64,000 nt of DNA from Anaerolineae bacterium (GTDB lineage: Bacteria > Chloroflexota > Anaerolineae > S140-20): the NCBI GenBank assembly GCA_027021705.1, contig JALUTT010000022.1:60-64059 (forward strand), given 5' to 3'. Both the position numbers and the translations under genes were made by a program. The notes beneath the pieces were generated by a model. It was not told the DNA's origin and did not search any database. It saw only the letters and a list, made by a program, of their open reading frames with translations. Of the stretch, positions 9,445-19,996 are shown piece after piece. The first letter of the stretch is position 1, and each line of letters opens with the position of its first letter.

Positions 9445-10758
9445 CTAAGGGCCGTCGGTGACCTTCTGGTAGAAGAGCGGCAGGGGCTCCACCGGCTCAT
9501 CGGACCACCGGTGGGCCGCCAGCAGGCGCTCCCGGGCCAGGGCCAGCTTCTGGGGATCGTTGGCGTGGATGGTGAAGAGGGGGGTGCCGGCTTCCACGTA
9601 GTCACCGACCTTGTAGTGGACGATGATGCCGACGGCGTGGTCCACGGGATCGCCCTTCTTCTCCCGGCCGGCCCCCAACAACACCGCCGTCATCCCCACC
9701 TCCCGCGCATCCACGGCGGCCAGGTAACCGGAGCGGGGGGCGGACACCGCCTCCACGTAGCGGGCCTGGGGCAGCTTCTCCGGGTCGTCCACCTGGCTCA
9801 CGTCCCCGCCCTGGGCCTCGATCAGTTGGCGGAACTTCTGCCAGGCAGCCCCCGAGGCGATCCGCTCGGCGGCCAGGGCGATCCCCTCTTCCTCGCTCTG
9901 GACTTTGCCCCCCAGGAGCAGCATCTCACTGGCCACGACCAGGCAGTGCTCCCGGAAGTCGGGAGGGCCGCCCTCGTGGAGCACGTCAATGGCCTCCCGC
10001 AGTTCCAGCGCGTTCCCCACGGCCCAGCCCAGGGGCTGGTTCATATCCGAGAGCAGGGCGGTGATCCGCCGGCCCGCGTCCTTCCCAATGCTGACCATCA
10101 TCTCGGCCAGGGCCCGCGCCTCTTCCAGGGTGCGCATAAAGGCCCCTCGGCCCACCTTCACGTCCAGGACCAGAGCGTGGGCACCGCTGGCCAGCTTCTT
10201 GCTCATCACCGAACTGGCGATCAGGGGGAGGCTGGAGACGGTCGCCGTCACGTCCCGCAGAGCGTAGAGCTTCCCGTCGGCCGGGGCCAGGTCCAGGCTC
10301 TGGCCGGTGAGGACGATGCCGATGCGCCGGAGCTGGTCCAGGAACTCGGCGGTGGTCAGATCCGAGCGGTAGCCCCGGACGGACTCCAGCTTGTCCAACG
10401 TCCCGCCGGAGAAGCCGAGCCCTCGGCCCGTCATCTTGCCCACGGGCAGGCCGGCCGCGGCCACCACGGGGGCCACGACCAGCGTCGTCTTGTCCCCCAC
10501 CCCGCCGGTCGAGTGCTTGTCCACGACGACGGGGGCGATGTCGGAGAGGTCCAGGATGTCGCCGGAATGGGCCATCTCCAGCGTCAGGTCCACCGTCTCC
10601 CGCCGGCTCATCCCCCGCAGGTAGACGGCCATCAGCCAGGCCGCCGCTTGGTAGTCGGGGATGTCGCCCCGAGTGTAGCCCTGGATGAAGAAGTGGAGTT
10701 CCTCGCGCGTTAACTCCCCTCCATCCCGCTTCTTGGCGATAATGTCCACGGCTCGCAT
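9445..10758 (-). CDS. pdp: Pyrimidine-nucleoside (thymidine) phosphorylase
   Basis: [28 protein letters not shown] and [11 protein letters not shown] motifs. Confidence 0.95.
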   Translation of the reverse strand: MRAVDIIAKKRDGGELTREELHFFIQGYTRGDIPDYQAAAWLMAVYLRGMSRRETVDLTLEMAHSGDILDLSDIAPVVVDKHSTGGVGDKTTLVVAPVVAAAGLPVGKMTGRGLGFSGGTLDKLESVRGYRSDLTTAEFLDQLRRIGIVLTGQSLDLAPADGKLYALRDVTATVSSLPLIASSVMSKKLASGAHALVLDVKVGRGAFMRTLEEARALAEMMVSIGKDAGRRITALLSDMNQPLGWAVGNALELREAIDVLHEGGPPDFREHCLVVASEMLLLGGKVQSEEEGIALAAERIASGAAWQKFRQLIEAQGGDVSQVDDPEKLPQARYVEAVSAPRSGYLAAVDAREVGMTAVLLGAGREKKGDPVDHAVGIIVHYKVGDYVEAGTPLFTIHANDPQKLALARERLLAAHRWSDEPVEPLPLFYQKVTDGP

Positions 10759-10789
10759 AAGCTTTCTCCTCCAAAGCGATTCTGCCAGG

Positions 10790-10911
10790 GTATCTATTCA
10801 GCCTACCCTCCCGCAGGTCACCGGTCGAGGGTGCTTTCAGCCCCGATGGGCGATTTGAAGCACGGTTTCGCGTCGGAAACGCGCCTAACCTGCGGGAGGG
10901 TGAACGGTTAC
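10790..10911 (-). mobile_element. MITE-like element B1 (122 bp)
   Basis: 8-bp direct repeat CTGCCAGG at 10782-10789 and 10912-10919; internal IR ACCCTCCCGCAGGT; copies at 41229, 42376 and 43431. Confidence 0.85.
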
Positions 10912-11010
10912 CTGCCAGGAAGGGTGGTTTGCCCGGATTGTACTTCAGGATGGCCGGAGGAGCAAGGGCATCGCAGGCTTGAGCTGCCCCCTCCCGCAGG
11001 TTCCTAGGCG

Positions 11011-11038
11011 TTGACTTTTGCTCTGCTTCGTGTAGAAT
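11011..11038 (+). promoter_or_regulatory. Putative plsX promoter
   Basis: TTGACT-16-TAGAAT, preceded by TG. Confidence 0.55.
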
Positions 11039-11075
11039 TCCCCCGACGGATTCCGCGACTCGGGAGGGGAACACC

Positions 11076-12083
11076 ATGCGAATTGTGCTCGATGCGATGG
11101 GCACCGACAACCACCCGGTGCCCGACGTGGAGGGGGCGGTGCTGGCCGCCCGCGAGTGGGGAGACGAGATCATCCTGGTGGGGGATGAGGCCCGGATCCG
11201 GGCGGAGTTGGGCAAGTACGATGTCCGAGGGCTGCGGCTGGAGATCGTCCACGCCGGCCAGGTGATCGCGATGGATGAGGAGCCGGCCCGGGCTGCCCGC
11301 GTCAAAAAGGACGCCTCGATGCGGGTGGGGATGGACCTGGTGCGGGACGGTCGGGCGGACGCCTTCGTCTCGGCCGGCAACACCGGCGGTGTCCTGGCCG
11401 TAGCGACCCTCTACAGCCTGAAACGGATCCCCGGCGTGCAGCGACCCGCCCTGACCACCATCCTGCCGGTGATGAACGGGCGGGTGGTCCTGCTGGACAT
11501 CGGGGCCAACGCCGACTGCAAGCCCAGCTACCTCTACCAGTTCGGGGTGATGGGCAGCATCTACGCCGAGCGGGTGTTGGGCTGCACCTCTCCCCGGGTG
11601 GCCTTGCTCTCCAACGGGGAGGAGCCGGGCAAGGGGAACACTCTGGTCAAGGAGGCCTTCGCCCTGCTTCGGGACTCCTCTCTGAACTTCATCGGCAACG
11701 TGGAGGGGAAGGAGATGATCGCCGGGGAGGCCGACGTGGTGGTGACCGATGGGTTCACCGGCAACGTGGTGCTCAAGACCATCGAGGCGGTGGCCAAGAT
11801 GCTCAACGAGCTGATCCGGGTCGAGGTGACGGCCAATCCCCTCACGATGGTGGGGGGGCTGCTGGCGAAGCCGGCCTTCAGGCGGGTTGCCCGTCGGATT
11901 GACCCCTTCGAGATCGGCGGCGCGCCACTTTTGGGCGTCAACGGGGTTGTCATTATTGCCCACGGGCGCTCCAACGGGCGGGCGGTGAAGAACGCCATAG
12001 GCCAGGCCCGCCGAGCTGTGGAAGGCCGGATCTTGGACGCCATCCAGGAAGGATTGGCTGCCTTCGCCCATCGGGGGACCTGA
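11076..12083 (+). CDS. plsX: Phosphate acyltransferase PlsX
   Basis: MRIVLDAMGTD, VSAGNTG, LDIGANAD, LLSNGEEPGKGN and VVTDGFTGNV motifs. Confidence 0.96.
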   Translation: MRIVLDAMGTDNHPVPDVEGAVLAAREWGDEIILVGDEARIRAELGKYDVRGLRLEIVHAGQVIAMDEEPARAARVKKDASMRVGMDLVRDGRADAFVSAGNTGGVLAVATLYSLKRIPGVQRPALTTILPVMNGRVVLLDIGANADCKPSYLYQFGVMGSIYAERVLGCTSPRVALLSNGEEPGKGNTLVKEAFALLRDSSLNFIGNVEGKEMIAGEADVVVTDGFTGNVVLKTIEAVAKMLNELIRVEVTANPLTMVGGLLAKPAFRRVARRIDPFEIGGAPLLGVNGVVIIAHGRSNGRAVKNAIGQARRAVEGRILDAIQEGLAAFAHRGT

Positions 12084-12086
12084 CAC

Positions 12087-13133
12087 GTGGACTCCTCCCC
12101 AGACGTAGATTGCTTCGAGCAGTTCCTGCAGATCAGCCGGGTAGACCTAGAGGTCTTTCTGTCCGATCGGTTCGCCCAGGTGCTCTGGGGGTTCTACCTG
12201 AATCCCCGCTACCTGCGGGGCAGCGACTTCCTGATGCGCTTCTCGCAAGGCCGCTGGGCCGAAGAGATCGTGGTGCGGACAATCAACGCGACAGAAGCGT
12301 TTCGCGCAATTCCCTATGGACCGTCCAGCGTCGCTCCTTCCGACCCGTTTGAGATGGAGCGGTACTTCGAGCGTTTGGACAAAGCTAGGACGGTTGGCAA
12401 GAGGCCGGACTTGCTCATCCTGCCGAAAAGCGCCTTTGAAGCGATCCGCCCTCAGCTTGACGACATAGGCGTGCCCAACTTACCCTTTACCTCTGAGGCA
12501 GACCTGGAGTTCCTGCTTTCCAAGGCCATCCTCGCCGTCGAAGTGGAGAACAGCCTCTGGGTGGCCCGCGAGATGCCCGATTACGGGAAAGGTGTCGCCC
12601 TGATAGACCTGGCTGCTCGTCCTCGACGGTTCAGGAAACCGGAAAAGGTTGTGCAGTGGAAGGCGTGGACCGAGAACGTTCGGCGCTTCTGCGCTCAGTC
12701 GCCGGCGCGAGCACGCCTAATGGGGTTCCTGGAGACAGCCAAAGTGCCGACCGTGATTATCAAGGAAGAAGACCTAGCGCCTCTTGTGGATTGGGAAGCG
12801 GCCTATGGCATTCCCCTTCACGTCTTCCACCTGTTCTACGATGAGGCATACTACATCGCCCTTCAAGACGCCTGTGAGTTGATCGAGAACGGGATCATCC
12901 TCCCTACTGAGCAAACCTTCTACGCCCCTGGAGGACCGACAACCCGCAAACGCATTTACAAGATCTGGTACACGCTGGCCCGGCCGTTGGGGACGATGGT
13001 TGAGGCACCGGAGATGTCGGCTCGATTTATCAAGGACAAGAACGGCCACATCCTCCCTTACGTGCACTTCTCCGGCGGTCGGATGAGCCTGTCTGAGGAG
13101 ATCCTCACCGATCTTCGGAGTCGGTTGCTATGA
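12087..13133 (+). CDS. Type II restriction endonuclease, AccI family
   Basis: GSDFLMRFSQGRWAEE...AIPYGPSSVAP...KRPDLLI matches my recollection of AccI-family enzymes; adjacent to an m6A MTase; GTG start. Confidence 0.75.
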   Translation: MDSSPDVDCFEQFLQISRVDLEVFLSDRFAQVLWGFYLNPRYLRGSDFLMRFSQGRWAEEIVVRTINATEAFRAIPYGPSSVAPSDPFEMERYFERLDKARTVGKRPDLLILPKSAFEAIRPQLDDIGVPNLPFTSEADLEFLLSKAILAVEVENSLWVAREMPDYGKGVALIDLAARPRRFRKPEKVVQWKAWTENVRRFCAQSPARARLMGFLETAKVPTVIIKEEDLAPLVDWEAAYGIPLHVFHLFYDEAYYIALQDACELIENGIILPTEQTFYAPGGPTTRKRIYKIWYTLARPLGTMVEAPEMSARFIKDKNGHILPYVHFSGGRMSLSEEILTDLRSRLL

Positions 13134-15286
13134 CCGGTGCCCGCGAATTGCTCGAAGCCCTAACATTGCCCCTGGCAGAAAAGCTGGTGCGGCTGGTGCC
13201 GGCCGCCTCCGGCGAGGAAATGAGGAAGTGGGCACGGCTTCACAGCTGGGATGCTCCCGTAGATGAGCAGGTGCTTGCTCACCAAGCCGCACTCAACCTG
13301 GTGCTACGGGGCCTGATCAGTTATCAACTGGATGCTGATGCGCTGCCCGCCACAGCCCCGGTCCAGTTCCTCACCTCCCACAGCAACGCTCTGCTGAGAG
13401 CCTTGGGAATCGAACCACAACCTTCTTCCATCCTAGACCTCCTGGCCCTGCAGTCCGACTTGGTCCTCCGGGTCCCCCAGATCGCAACCCTGGCGGAGGC
13501 GCTGCAACGGGCTTCCGAAGACGTCATCGGGGATGCTTACGCAGCGTGGATCCCCCAGCGTGCCCGTCGCGCACCGGGGCAGTTCTGGACCCCCTGGCCC
13601 ATCGCCCAACTGATGAGCCAATGGGCTATCCAATCGCCTACCGACCGGGTGCTGGATCCAGCTTTTGGCTCCGGTGTCCTCTTGCTGGCAGCGATAAACC
13701 GGTTGATCCAACGAGGAGCATCCTCGGAAACCGCCCTGCAAAGTGTGGCGGGCGTTGAGATCAGCCCTTTGGTCTTCCTAATGGGCCTGACCAATCTCTT
13801 GCTGCGATACCCTTCAAGCGTTCGGCTTCGCCTGCGGTGGGACGACTTCTTGCTACCCCGAGGAGAGCCGGCCGCGATCCTGCGGGAGCCCACAGCAGCG
13901 TACACGCTTGACGTGCGTCAGATGGCCCTGCCGGGGATGGCAACGACCGCCCCGACCACCTTCTCCGAGAAGTTCGACGCCATTATTTGCAATCCGCCGT
14001 ACACACGGCACCACCGCCTGCCTGAAGCTTACAAGTCTACCTGGGCAACGGTCGCGGAGCAAGAGTTCGGCGTCAAGCTCAGCCGTTTTTCCAGCCTGTT
14101 CGCCCACTTCTTCATCCAGGCCAGCCGGATGCTCGCGCCCGATGGCCGAATGGCTTTCATCACACCGGCAACGGTATTCGAGGCTTTCTACAGCAATCAG
14201 ATCAAAGCTTTCGTTCGACGGGAGCTACGCTTGCGGGCCATCGTCAGCTTTGACGAAACCTTTCCCGTTTTCGAAGGCGTGGACACCGCAGCCTGTATCA
14301 CGCTGATCGAAGGGCCGGGCGCTCCTCCCCGTGACTGGGTCGTACACCTACAGGTGCACCGGTGGCCTGGAGTGGAACCGATACTCGATGCGGTTGAGCA
14401 AGAGGGTGAGGGAGACATCGACTGGGGGCATCGGCGAAGGCTTCGCCTTTCCGCCTTGGAGCCGGATCGCAAATGGACGGTCATCGGGCATAACAACCAC
14501 GACGATGGACGGCTTGTTCCCCTCGCCTCGCTCGCCCGCATTGTACGGGGCATCGCCACCGGTGCCAATGCCTTCTTCGTGCTTTCGGACGATGAGGTGA
14601 AGCACTGGGGGGTTGATCCAACCAACTTGCGCCCTGTACTGACCAAGACCCGTGAAGCGCCGGGGTATGCCTTTACCGAGGACGACTTCGACCGGCTGGG
14701 CCGGGAGGGGAAGAAGCGCTGGCTGCTGTACCTGACAGGACCGGTACAGCCCGATACCCCAGAAGCTCTCTACATCCGATGGGGTGAAGCCCAGCATTTG
14801 CACGAGCGCAGCCTGGTCAGAACCCGGCCTCTCTGGTACACGATGGAACAGCGCGACCCCGCCCCCATCTACTTCACCTACCTGAGCCGCAAGCGATCAC
14901 GTTTCATCTACAACCTGGCCGGTGTGCTGGCCCTTAACGTCTTCCTTTACATCTACCCAATCCCCGCCATCGGTCGGGACGAACAGATGCTGAAGGCTTT
15001 TCTTGCCGTGCTGAACTCGCGGATGACCAAAGCAGCCCTGCGACAGGTAGGCCGTACCTACGGCGGTGACACCATCAAGATCGAGCCCAGGGAGATGGAC
15101 CGCCTGCCTGTCCTGAACCCGCTTAAGCTCACCCTGAGCGAGCAGGAGAGACTGGCAACGCTGTTCGACGAACTCTGTCAAGCCGAGTCTAGAGAAGCCG
15201 AGGAGGCCATACGCCAGGCGATCCAAGAGACCATCACAGTGACCGCTAACATCGAGGAGTCGGACGAAAGAAAGAGGAGAGGATGA
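13130..15286 (+). CDS. N6-adenine DNA methyltransferase (gamma-type motif order)
   Basis: Motif I VLDPAFGSG precedes motif IV IICNPPY; C-terminal target-recognition region. Confidence 0.9.
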   Translation: MTGARELLEALTLPLAEKLVRLVPAASGEEMRKWARLHSWDAPVDEQVLAHQAALNLVLRGLISYQLDADALPATAPVQFLTSHSNALLRALGIEPQPSSILDLLALQSDLVLRVPQIATLAEALQRASEDVIGDAYAAWIPQRARRAPGQFWTPWPIAQLMSQWAIQSPTDRVLDPAFGSGVLLLAAINRLIQRGASSETALQSVAGVEISPLVFLMGLTNLLLRYPSSVRLRLRWDDFLLPRGEPAAILREPTAAYTLDVRQMALPGMATTAPTTFSEKFDAIICNPPYTRHHRLPEAYKSTWATVAEQEFGVKLSRFSSLFAHFFIQASRMLAPDGRMAFITPATVFEAFYSNQIKAFVRRELRLRAIVSFDETFPVFEGVDTAACITLIEGPGAPPRDWVVHLQVHRWPGVEPILDAVEQEGEGDIDWGHRRRLRLSALEPDRKWTVIGHNNHDDGRLVPLASLARIVRGIATGANAFFVLSDDEVKHWGVDPTNLRPVLTKTREAPGYAFTEDDFDRLGREGKKRWLLYLTGPVQPDTPEALYIRWGEAQHLHERSLVRTRPLWYTMEQRDPAPIYFTYLSRKRSRFIYNLAGVLALNVFLYIYPIPAIGRDEQMLKAFLAVLNSRMTKAALRQVGRTYGGDTIKIEPREMDRLPVLNPLKLTLSEQERLATLFDELCQAESREAEEAIRQAIQETITVTANIEESDERKRRG

Positions 15287-16542
15287 ACCACAACCATCGC
15301 AGTGATGAGCAGCGCGTGGTGATCACCGGGTTGGGCCTGATGACCCCCCTGGGACTCACCGTGCAGGAGACATGGGAGGGGCTGATCGCCGGCCGGTCGG
15401 GCATCGGGCCGATCACCCTCTTCGACGCCACCGGCTACCCCAGCCAGATCGCCGGCGAACTGAAGGGCTTCGAGCCCCGAAAGTATGTCGGCTTCAAGGA
15501 GGCCCGCCGGATGGCCCGCAGTTCCCAGGTCGCCGTGGCGACGGCCCAAGAGGCCATCGCCGACGCCGGCTTCAGCAACGGCTGGGCCAACCCGGAGCGG
15601 GTCGGCGTGGTGGTGGGCACGGCGATGGGGGGCTTCGACATGGCCGCCCAGCAGATGCGGGTCCTTTGGCAGAAGGGATGGCAACGGGTCAGCCCCTTCG
15701 CCCTCCCCGCCTCCATCCCCAACATGCCCGCCTTCCACATCAGCCGCTTCTTCGGCGCTCAAGGCCCCACCACGACGGTGACCAGCGCCTGCGCCACCGG
15801 AACCCAGGCCGTGGGCGAGGCTTGCGAACTGATCCGGCGAGGGGCCGCCGACCTGGTGATCGCCGGCGGTGTGGAAGCACTCATCCACGAGGTCGCCTTC
15901 GCCGGCTTCGCCGCGATGCGAGCTCTCTCCACCCGCAACGACGAGCCGGAGCGGGCCAGCCGCCCCTTCGACGCCGACCGGGATGGCTTCGTCTTCAGCG
16001 AAGGGGCCGGCATCCTGATCCTGGAGAGCCTGGCCCACGCCCGTGCCCGAGGGGCCCGCATCTACGCCGAAGTGCTGGGCCACGCCTCCGCCTCCGACGC
16101 CTACCACATCGCCGCCCCCGATCCCACGGGGGCCGGGGCCATCCGGGCCATGCGCTGGGCGCTGGAGGACGCCGGCCTGACCCCCGACGACGTGGACTAC
16201 ATCAACGCCCACGGTACCTCCACGCCCATCAACGACGCCGTGGAGACCCTGGCCATCAAGACCCTCTTTGGCGAGCAGGCCTACAACATCCCCATCAGCT
16301 CCACCAAGTCTATGCTGGGGCACCCGATGGGCGGGGCCGGAGCCATCGAAGCCGCCGTCTGTGCCCTGATCATCCACCACGGCATCATCCACCCTACCAT
16401 CAACTACGAGACGCCCGATCCCGAGTGCGACCTGGACTACGTGCCCAACGAGGCGCGACGGGCCGACGTGCGGGTCGTGCTCTCCAACTCCTTTGGATTG
16501 GGTGGTCAGAACGCCTGTCTCGTCCTAGGAGCCGTCCGATGA
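15283..16542 (+). CDS. fabF: 3-oxoacyl-ACP synthase II
   Basis: VVITGLG, TSACATG (catalytic Cys), YINAHGTST, KSMLGH and SNSFGLGGQN motifs. Confidence 0.95.
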   Translation: MNHNHRSDEQRVVITGLGLMTPLGLTVQETWEGLIAGRSGIGPITLFDATGYPSQIAGELKGFEPRKYVGFKEARRMARSSQVAVATAQEAIADAGFSNGWANPERVGVVVGTAMGGFDMAAQQMRVLWQKGWQRVSPFALPASIPNMPAFHISRFFGAQGPTTTVTSACATGTQAVGEACELIRRGAADLVIAGGVEALIHEVAFAGFAAMRALSTRNDEPERASRPFDADRDGFVFSEGAGILILESLAHARARGARIYAEVLGHASASDAYHIAAPDPTGAGAIRAMRWALEDAGLTPDDVDYINAHGTSTPINDAVETLAIKTLFGEQAYNIPISSTKSMLGHPMGGAGAIEAAVCALIIHHGIIHPTINYETPDPECDLDYVPNEARRADVRVVLSNSFGLGGQNACLVLGAVR

Positions 16543-17234
16543 AACTCGTCGTCAACACCGCCTTTGCCACCCGTCGGGAGAAGCTGGCCCAGTGGACCGG
16601 CCTGTCGGGCATCGCCATCCTGCTGACGGGGACCGCCTTCTCCTTCCTGCGGCCCGAGGTGCCGGTCATCCCCTTCATCACCCTCATCGTCGGTTTCCTG
16701 ACCACGCGCGTCAGCCTCTACCTGGCCAACCGCTATATGCCTCAATACCGGGCGGACACCGTAGTCGCCCAGGCCCTCAAAGGGCTTGACGATCGTTACA
16801 CCTTCTACGCCTACGCCCTGCCTGTCCCGGCGGTGCTGGTGGAGCCGGGCATTGTCACCCTCTTCCTGCTCAAAGGCCAGCGAGGTCAGGTGTGGTATGG
16901 GGAGGATGGGCGGTGGCACCACCGGGCCAGCCTCTACTGGCGTCTGGTGGGCCGGGACGAGCCCCTGGGCGACCCGGAGCGGGAGGCGGAGGCCGCCTTG
17001 CGCAAGATGCAGGCCCTCTTCGAGAAAGCCCTGCCGGGGGAGGAGGTGCCGATGCGGGTCGTCGTCCTCTTCACCAACCCCGAGGTGGAGCTGAAGGCCA
17101 ACGGTGCGCCGCTGCCGGCCCTCCCCCTCCGACGGTTGAAAAAGTGGCTGCGCGGAGCCGGTCGGACCCAGGCCCTCTCCGGTCGGCTGCGCCGCCAGGT
17201 CATCGCCGCTTTGGACGAGGCTGCCAGCCTCTGA
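16539..17234 (+). CDS. Membrane-anchored hypothetical protein with a NERD-like domain
   Basis: ATG 16539 overlaps the fabF stop; two TM helices, then ALKGLDDRYTFY...VLVEP. Confidence 0.6.
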   Translation: MKLVVNTAFATRREKLAQWTGLSGIAILLTGTAFSFLRPEVPVIPFITLIVGFLTTRVSLYLANRYMPQYRADTVVAQALKGLDDRYTFYAYALPVPAVLVEPGIVTLFLLKGQRGQVWYGEDGRWHHRASLYWRLVGRDEPLGDPEREAEAALRKMQALFEKALPGEEVPMRVVVLFTNPEVELKANGAPLPALPLRRLKKWLRGAGRTQALSGRLRRQVIAALDEAASL

Positions 17235-17255
17235 GTCTTGAACCCCGAACCCCCG

Positions 17256-19838
17256 ATGTCCAAACCCACCCCCATTCGCCGTCAGTACCTGGAACTCAAA
17301 CGCCAGCACCCCGACGCCATCCTCTTCTTCCGGCTGGGCGACTTCTACGAGACCTTCGACCGGGACGCGGAGATCGTGGCCCAGGAGCTGGACCTGGTCC
17401 TCACCTCCCGCCCGGTCGCCAAAGGGGAGCGGGTGCCGATGGCCGGCGTTCCCCACCACGCCGTCGAGGGCTACATCGCTCGCCTCATCGAGAAGGGCTA
17501 TCGGGTGGCCATCGCCGAGCAGGTGGGCGACGCCCCGGTCAAGGGGCTGGTCCCCCGAGAGGTGGTGCGGATCGTCACCCCCGGGACCGTCGTCGAGCCG
17601 ACCCTCCTGGAGGAGAAGCGCCCCAACTACCTGGCCGCCCTCGTCGTGACCGAGGGACGGGCCGGCCTGGCCTACGCCGAGATCACCACCGGCGAGTTCG
17701 CCACCACCCAACTGGAGGGCGAGGAGGTGACCACCCTGCTCCAAGAGGAGCTGGCCCGCCTCTCCCCCCGCGAGTGCCTGCTCCCCGAGGCCCTCCAGGG
17801 CCGGGCGGATGGCTGGCTGCCCGAGACGACCCACATCACCCCCCGTCCTGACTGGCAGTTCGAGCAGGAGACGGCCCGCCAGGCCCTGATGGAGCAGTTC
17901 GGCGTCGCCACCCTGGCCGGCTTCGGCTGCGAGGGGAAGCCCCTGGCCATCCGGGCCGCCGGGGCCATCGTCCAGTACCTGCGGGAGACCCAGAAGCGGG
18001 CGCTGGCCCAGTTGACGGGCCTCTCCACCTACAGCACCCGCCGCTTTATGCTCCTGGACCCCGCCACCCGGCGCAACCTGGAACTGACGGAGCCGATCCG
18101 GAGCGGCGGCAAGCGGGGCTCCCTCCTCGGCGTCCTCGACCGGACCCAGACGCCGATGGGAGGCCGGCTGCTGCGCATCTGGATGGGACAGCCCCTCCTG
18201 GACCGAGAGGCCCTGGAGCAGCGGCTGGACCAGGTGGAAGCCTTCTATGAGGACGGCGTGGCCCGGGCTGCCGTCCGCCAGGCACTGAAGCGGCTGCCCG
18301 ACCTGGAGCGGCTGACCAACCGCGTCGTCGGCGGAACGGCGACGCCCCGCGACCTGGTGGGCATTCGCAAGGCGCTGGAGGCGGTGCCCCGACTGCAGGA
18401 GGCGCTGCCCCCCCTGACGGCAGCCCATCCCGTCGTCGAGGGGCTGGCGAGGGCGCTGAACCCCTGCCCGGAGGTGGCCGAACTCATCGCCCAGGCCATC
18501 ACCGACGACCCGCCTGCTTCCCCCGGCCAGGGCGGGGTGATCCGCCCCGGCTTCTCCCCAGAACTGGACGCCCTCCTGACGGCGGCCCGCGATGCCCGAG
18601 GCTGGGTGGCCCGCCTGGAGCAGCGGGAGCGGGAGCGCACGGGGATCAAAACCCTCAAGGTAGGATACAACAAGGTCTTCGGCTACTACATCGAGGTGAC
18701 CAAGGCCAACGCCTCCCGGGTGCCCTCCGACTACATCCGCAAGCAGACGCTGGTCAACGCCGAGCGGTACATCACGCCGGAGCTCAAGGAGTACGAATCG
18801 CTGATCCTCAACGCCGAGGAGCAGCGCAGCGAGGTCGAGACGCGCCTCTTCCGGGAGGTCTGCCGGCAGGTGGCCGTCCACGCGGCGACTCTGTTGGAGA
18901 CGGCCCGGGCCATCGCCCGGCTGGACGTGGTGACCACGCTGGCGGAGGTGGCCCGCCGCAACGACTACGTGCGCCCGGAGCTGACCGACGAGGACCTGCT
19001 GGAGATCGAGGCGGGCCGCCACCCCGTCGTCGAGCAGACGCTGGAGGGGGAGACTTTCACGCCCAACGACCTCCACCTGGACCGGCGGCGGCGCATCCTC
19101 ATCGTCACCGGCCCCAATATGGCGGGCAAGAGCGTCTACCTGCGCCAGGCTGCCCTCATCGTCCTAATGGCCCAGATGGGCAGCTTCGTCCCGGCCCGCC
19201 GGGCCCGCATCGGCCTGGTGGACCGCATCTTCACCCGCATCGGAGCTCAGGACGAGGTGGCGGCCGGCCAGTCCACCTTTATGGTCGAGATGGTGGAGAC
19301 GGCCCACATCCTCCACCACGCCACCCGCCGCAGCCTGCTCATCCTGGACGAGATCGGACGGGGGACGAGCACCTACGACGGCCTCTCCATCGCCTGGGCC
19401 GTCGTCGAGTACATCCACAACCATCCCCGGCTGGGGGCCAGGACCCTCTTCGCCACCCACTACCACGAACTGACGGCGCTGGCCGAGCGGCTTCCGGGCG
19501 TGGAGAACGTGAACATGGCCGTGGCCGAGGAGGGAGACCAGGTCGTCTTCCTGCACCAGGTCGTGCCCGGCGGGGCGGACAAGAGCTACGGCATCCACGT
19601 GGCACAACTGGCCGGATTGCCCCGGGCCGTCATCCACCGGGCCGAGGAGCTCCTGGCAGGGTTGGAGAGCGGTGAGTTACGCCCCGGTCAACGCGAGGAA
19701 GAAGAGACCCCCGTACAACTGACCCTCTTCACCGACCACGATCCCATCCTCGAGGAACTGAAGACGCTGGACATCAACAGCCTGACCCCTCTGGAAGCGC
19801 TGAACAAGCTCTACGAGTGGCAGCAGCGGATGAAGTGA
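17256..19838 (+). CDS. mutS: DNA mismatch repair protein MutS
   Basis: TPIRRQYLELK, FFRLGDFYETF, TGPNMAGKS, GQSTFMVEM and DEIGRGTST motifs. Confidence 0.97.
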   Translation: MSKPTPIRRQYLELKRQHPDAILFFRLGDFYETFDRDAEIVAQELDLVLTSRPVAKGERVPMAGVPHHAVEGYIARLIEKGYRVAIAEQVGDAPVKGLVPREVVRIVTPGTVVEPTLLEEKRPNYLAALVVTEGRAGLAYAEITTGEFATTQLEGEEVTTLLQEELARLSPRECLLPEALQGRADGWLPETTHITPRPDWQFEQETARQALMEQFGVATLAGFGCEGKPLAIRAAGAIVQYLRETQKRALAQLTGLSTYSTRRFMLLDPATRRNLELTEPIRSGGKRGSLLGVLDRTQTPMGGRLLRIWMGQPLLDREALEQRLDQVEAFYEDGVARAAVRQALKRLPDLERLTNRVVGGTATPRDLVGIRKALEAVPRLQEALPPLTAAHPVVEGLARALNPCPEVAELIAQAITDDPPASPGQGGVIRPGFSPELDALLTAARDARGWVARLEQRERERTGIKTLKVGYNKVFGYYIEVTKANASRVPSDYIRKQTLVNAERYITPELKEYESLILNAEEQRSEVETRLFREVCRQVAVHAATLLETARAIARLDVVTTLAEVARRNDYVRPELTDEDLLEIEAGRHPVVEQTLEGETFTPNDLHLDRRRRILIVTGPNMAGKSVYLRQAALIVLMAQMGSFVPARRARIGLVDRIFTRIGAQDEVAAGQSTFMVEMVETAHILHHATRRSLLILDEIGRGTSTYDGLSIAWAVVEYIHNHPRLGARTLFATHYHELTALAERLPGVENVNMAVAEEGDQVVFLHQVVPGGADKSYGIHVAQLAGLPRAVIHRAEELLAGLESGELRPGQREEEETPVQLTLFTDHDPILEELKTLDINSLTPLEALNKLYEWQQRMK

Positions 19839-19842
19839 GGGG

Positions 19843-19996
19843 CAGGGCCTTTCAGCGCTCTACCCTTCGGGGGGAACCCTCCCGCAGGTCCCCCCCACGG
19901 CCTCAAGCGCGTCATAGGCTGCCTCCGACAAGCCATGGTGACGCCGGGCACCACGGGACCTGCGGGAGGGTAACGTTTGAGCGTTGAAAAGCCCTG
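19843..19996 (-). mobile_element. MITE-like element B2 (154 bp)
   Basis: 18-bp imperfect TIR CAGGGC(C/T)TTTCA(G/A)CGCTC; 9-bp direct repeat AGTGAGGGG at 19834-19842 and 19997-20005; internal IR ACCCTCCCGCAGGT. Confidence 0.85.
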
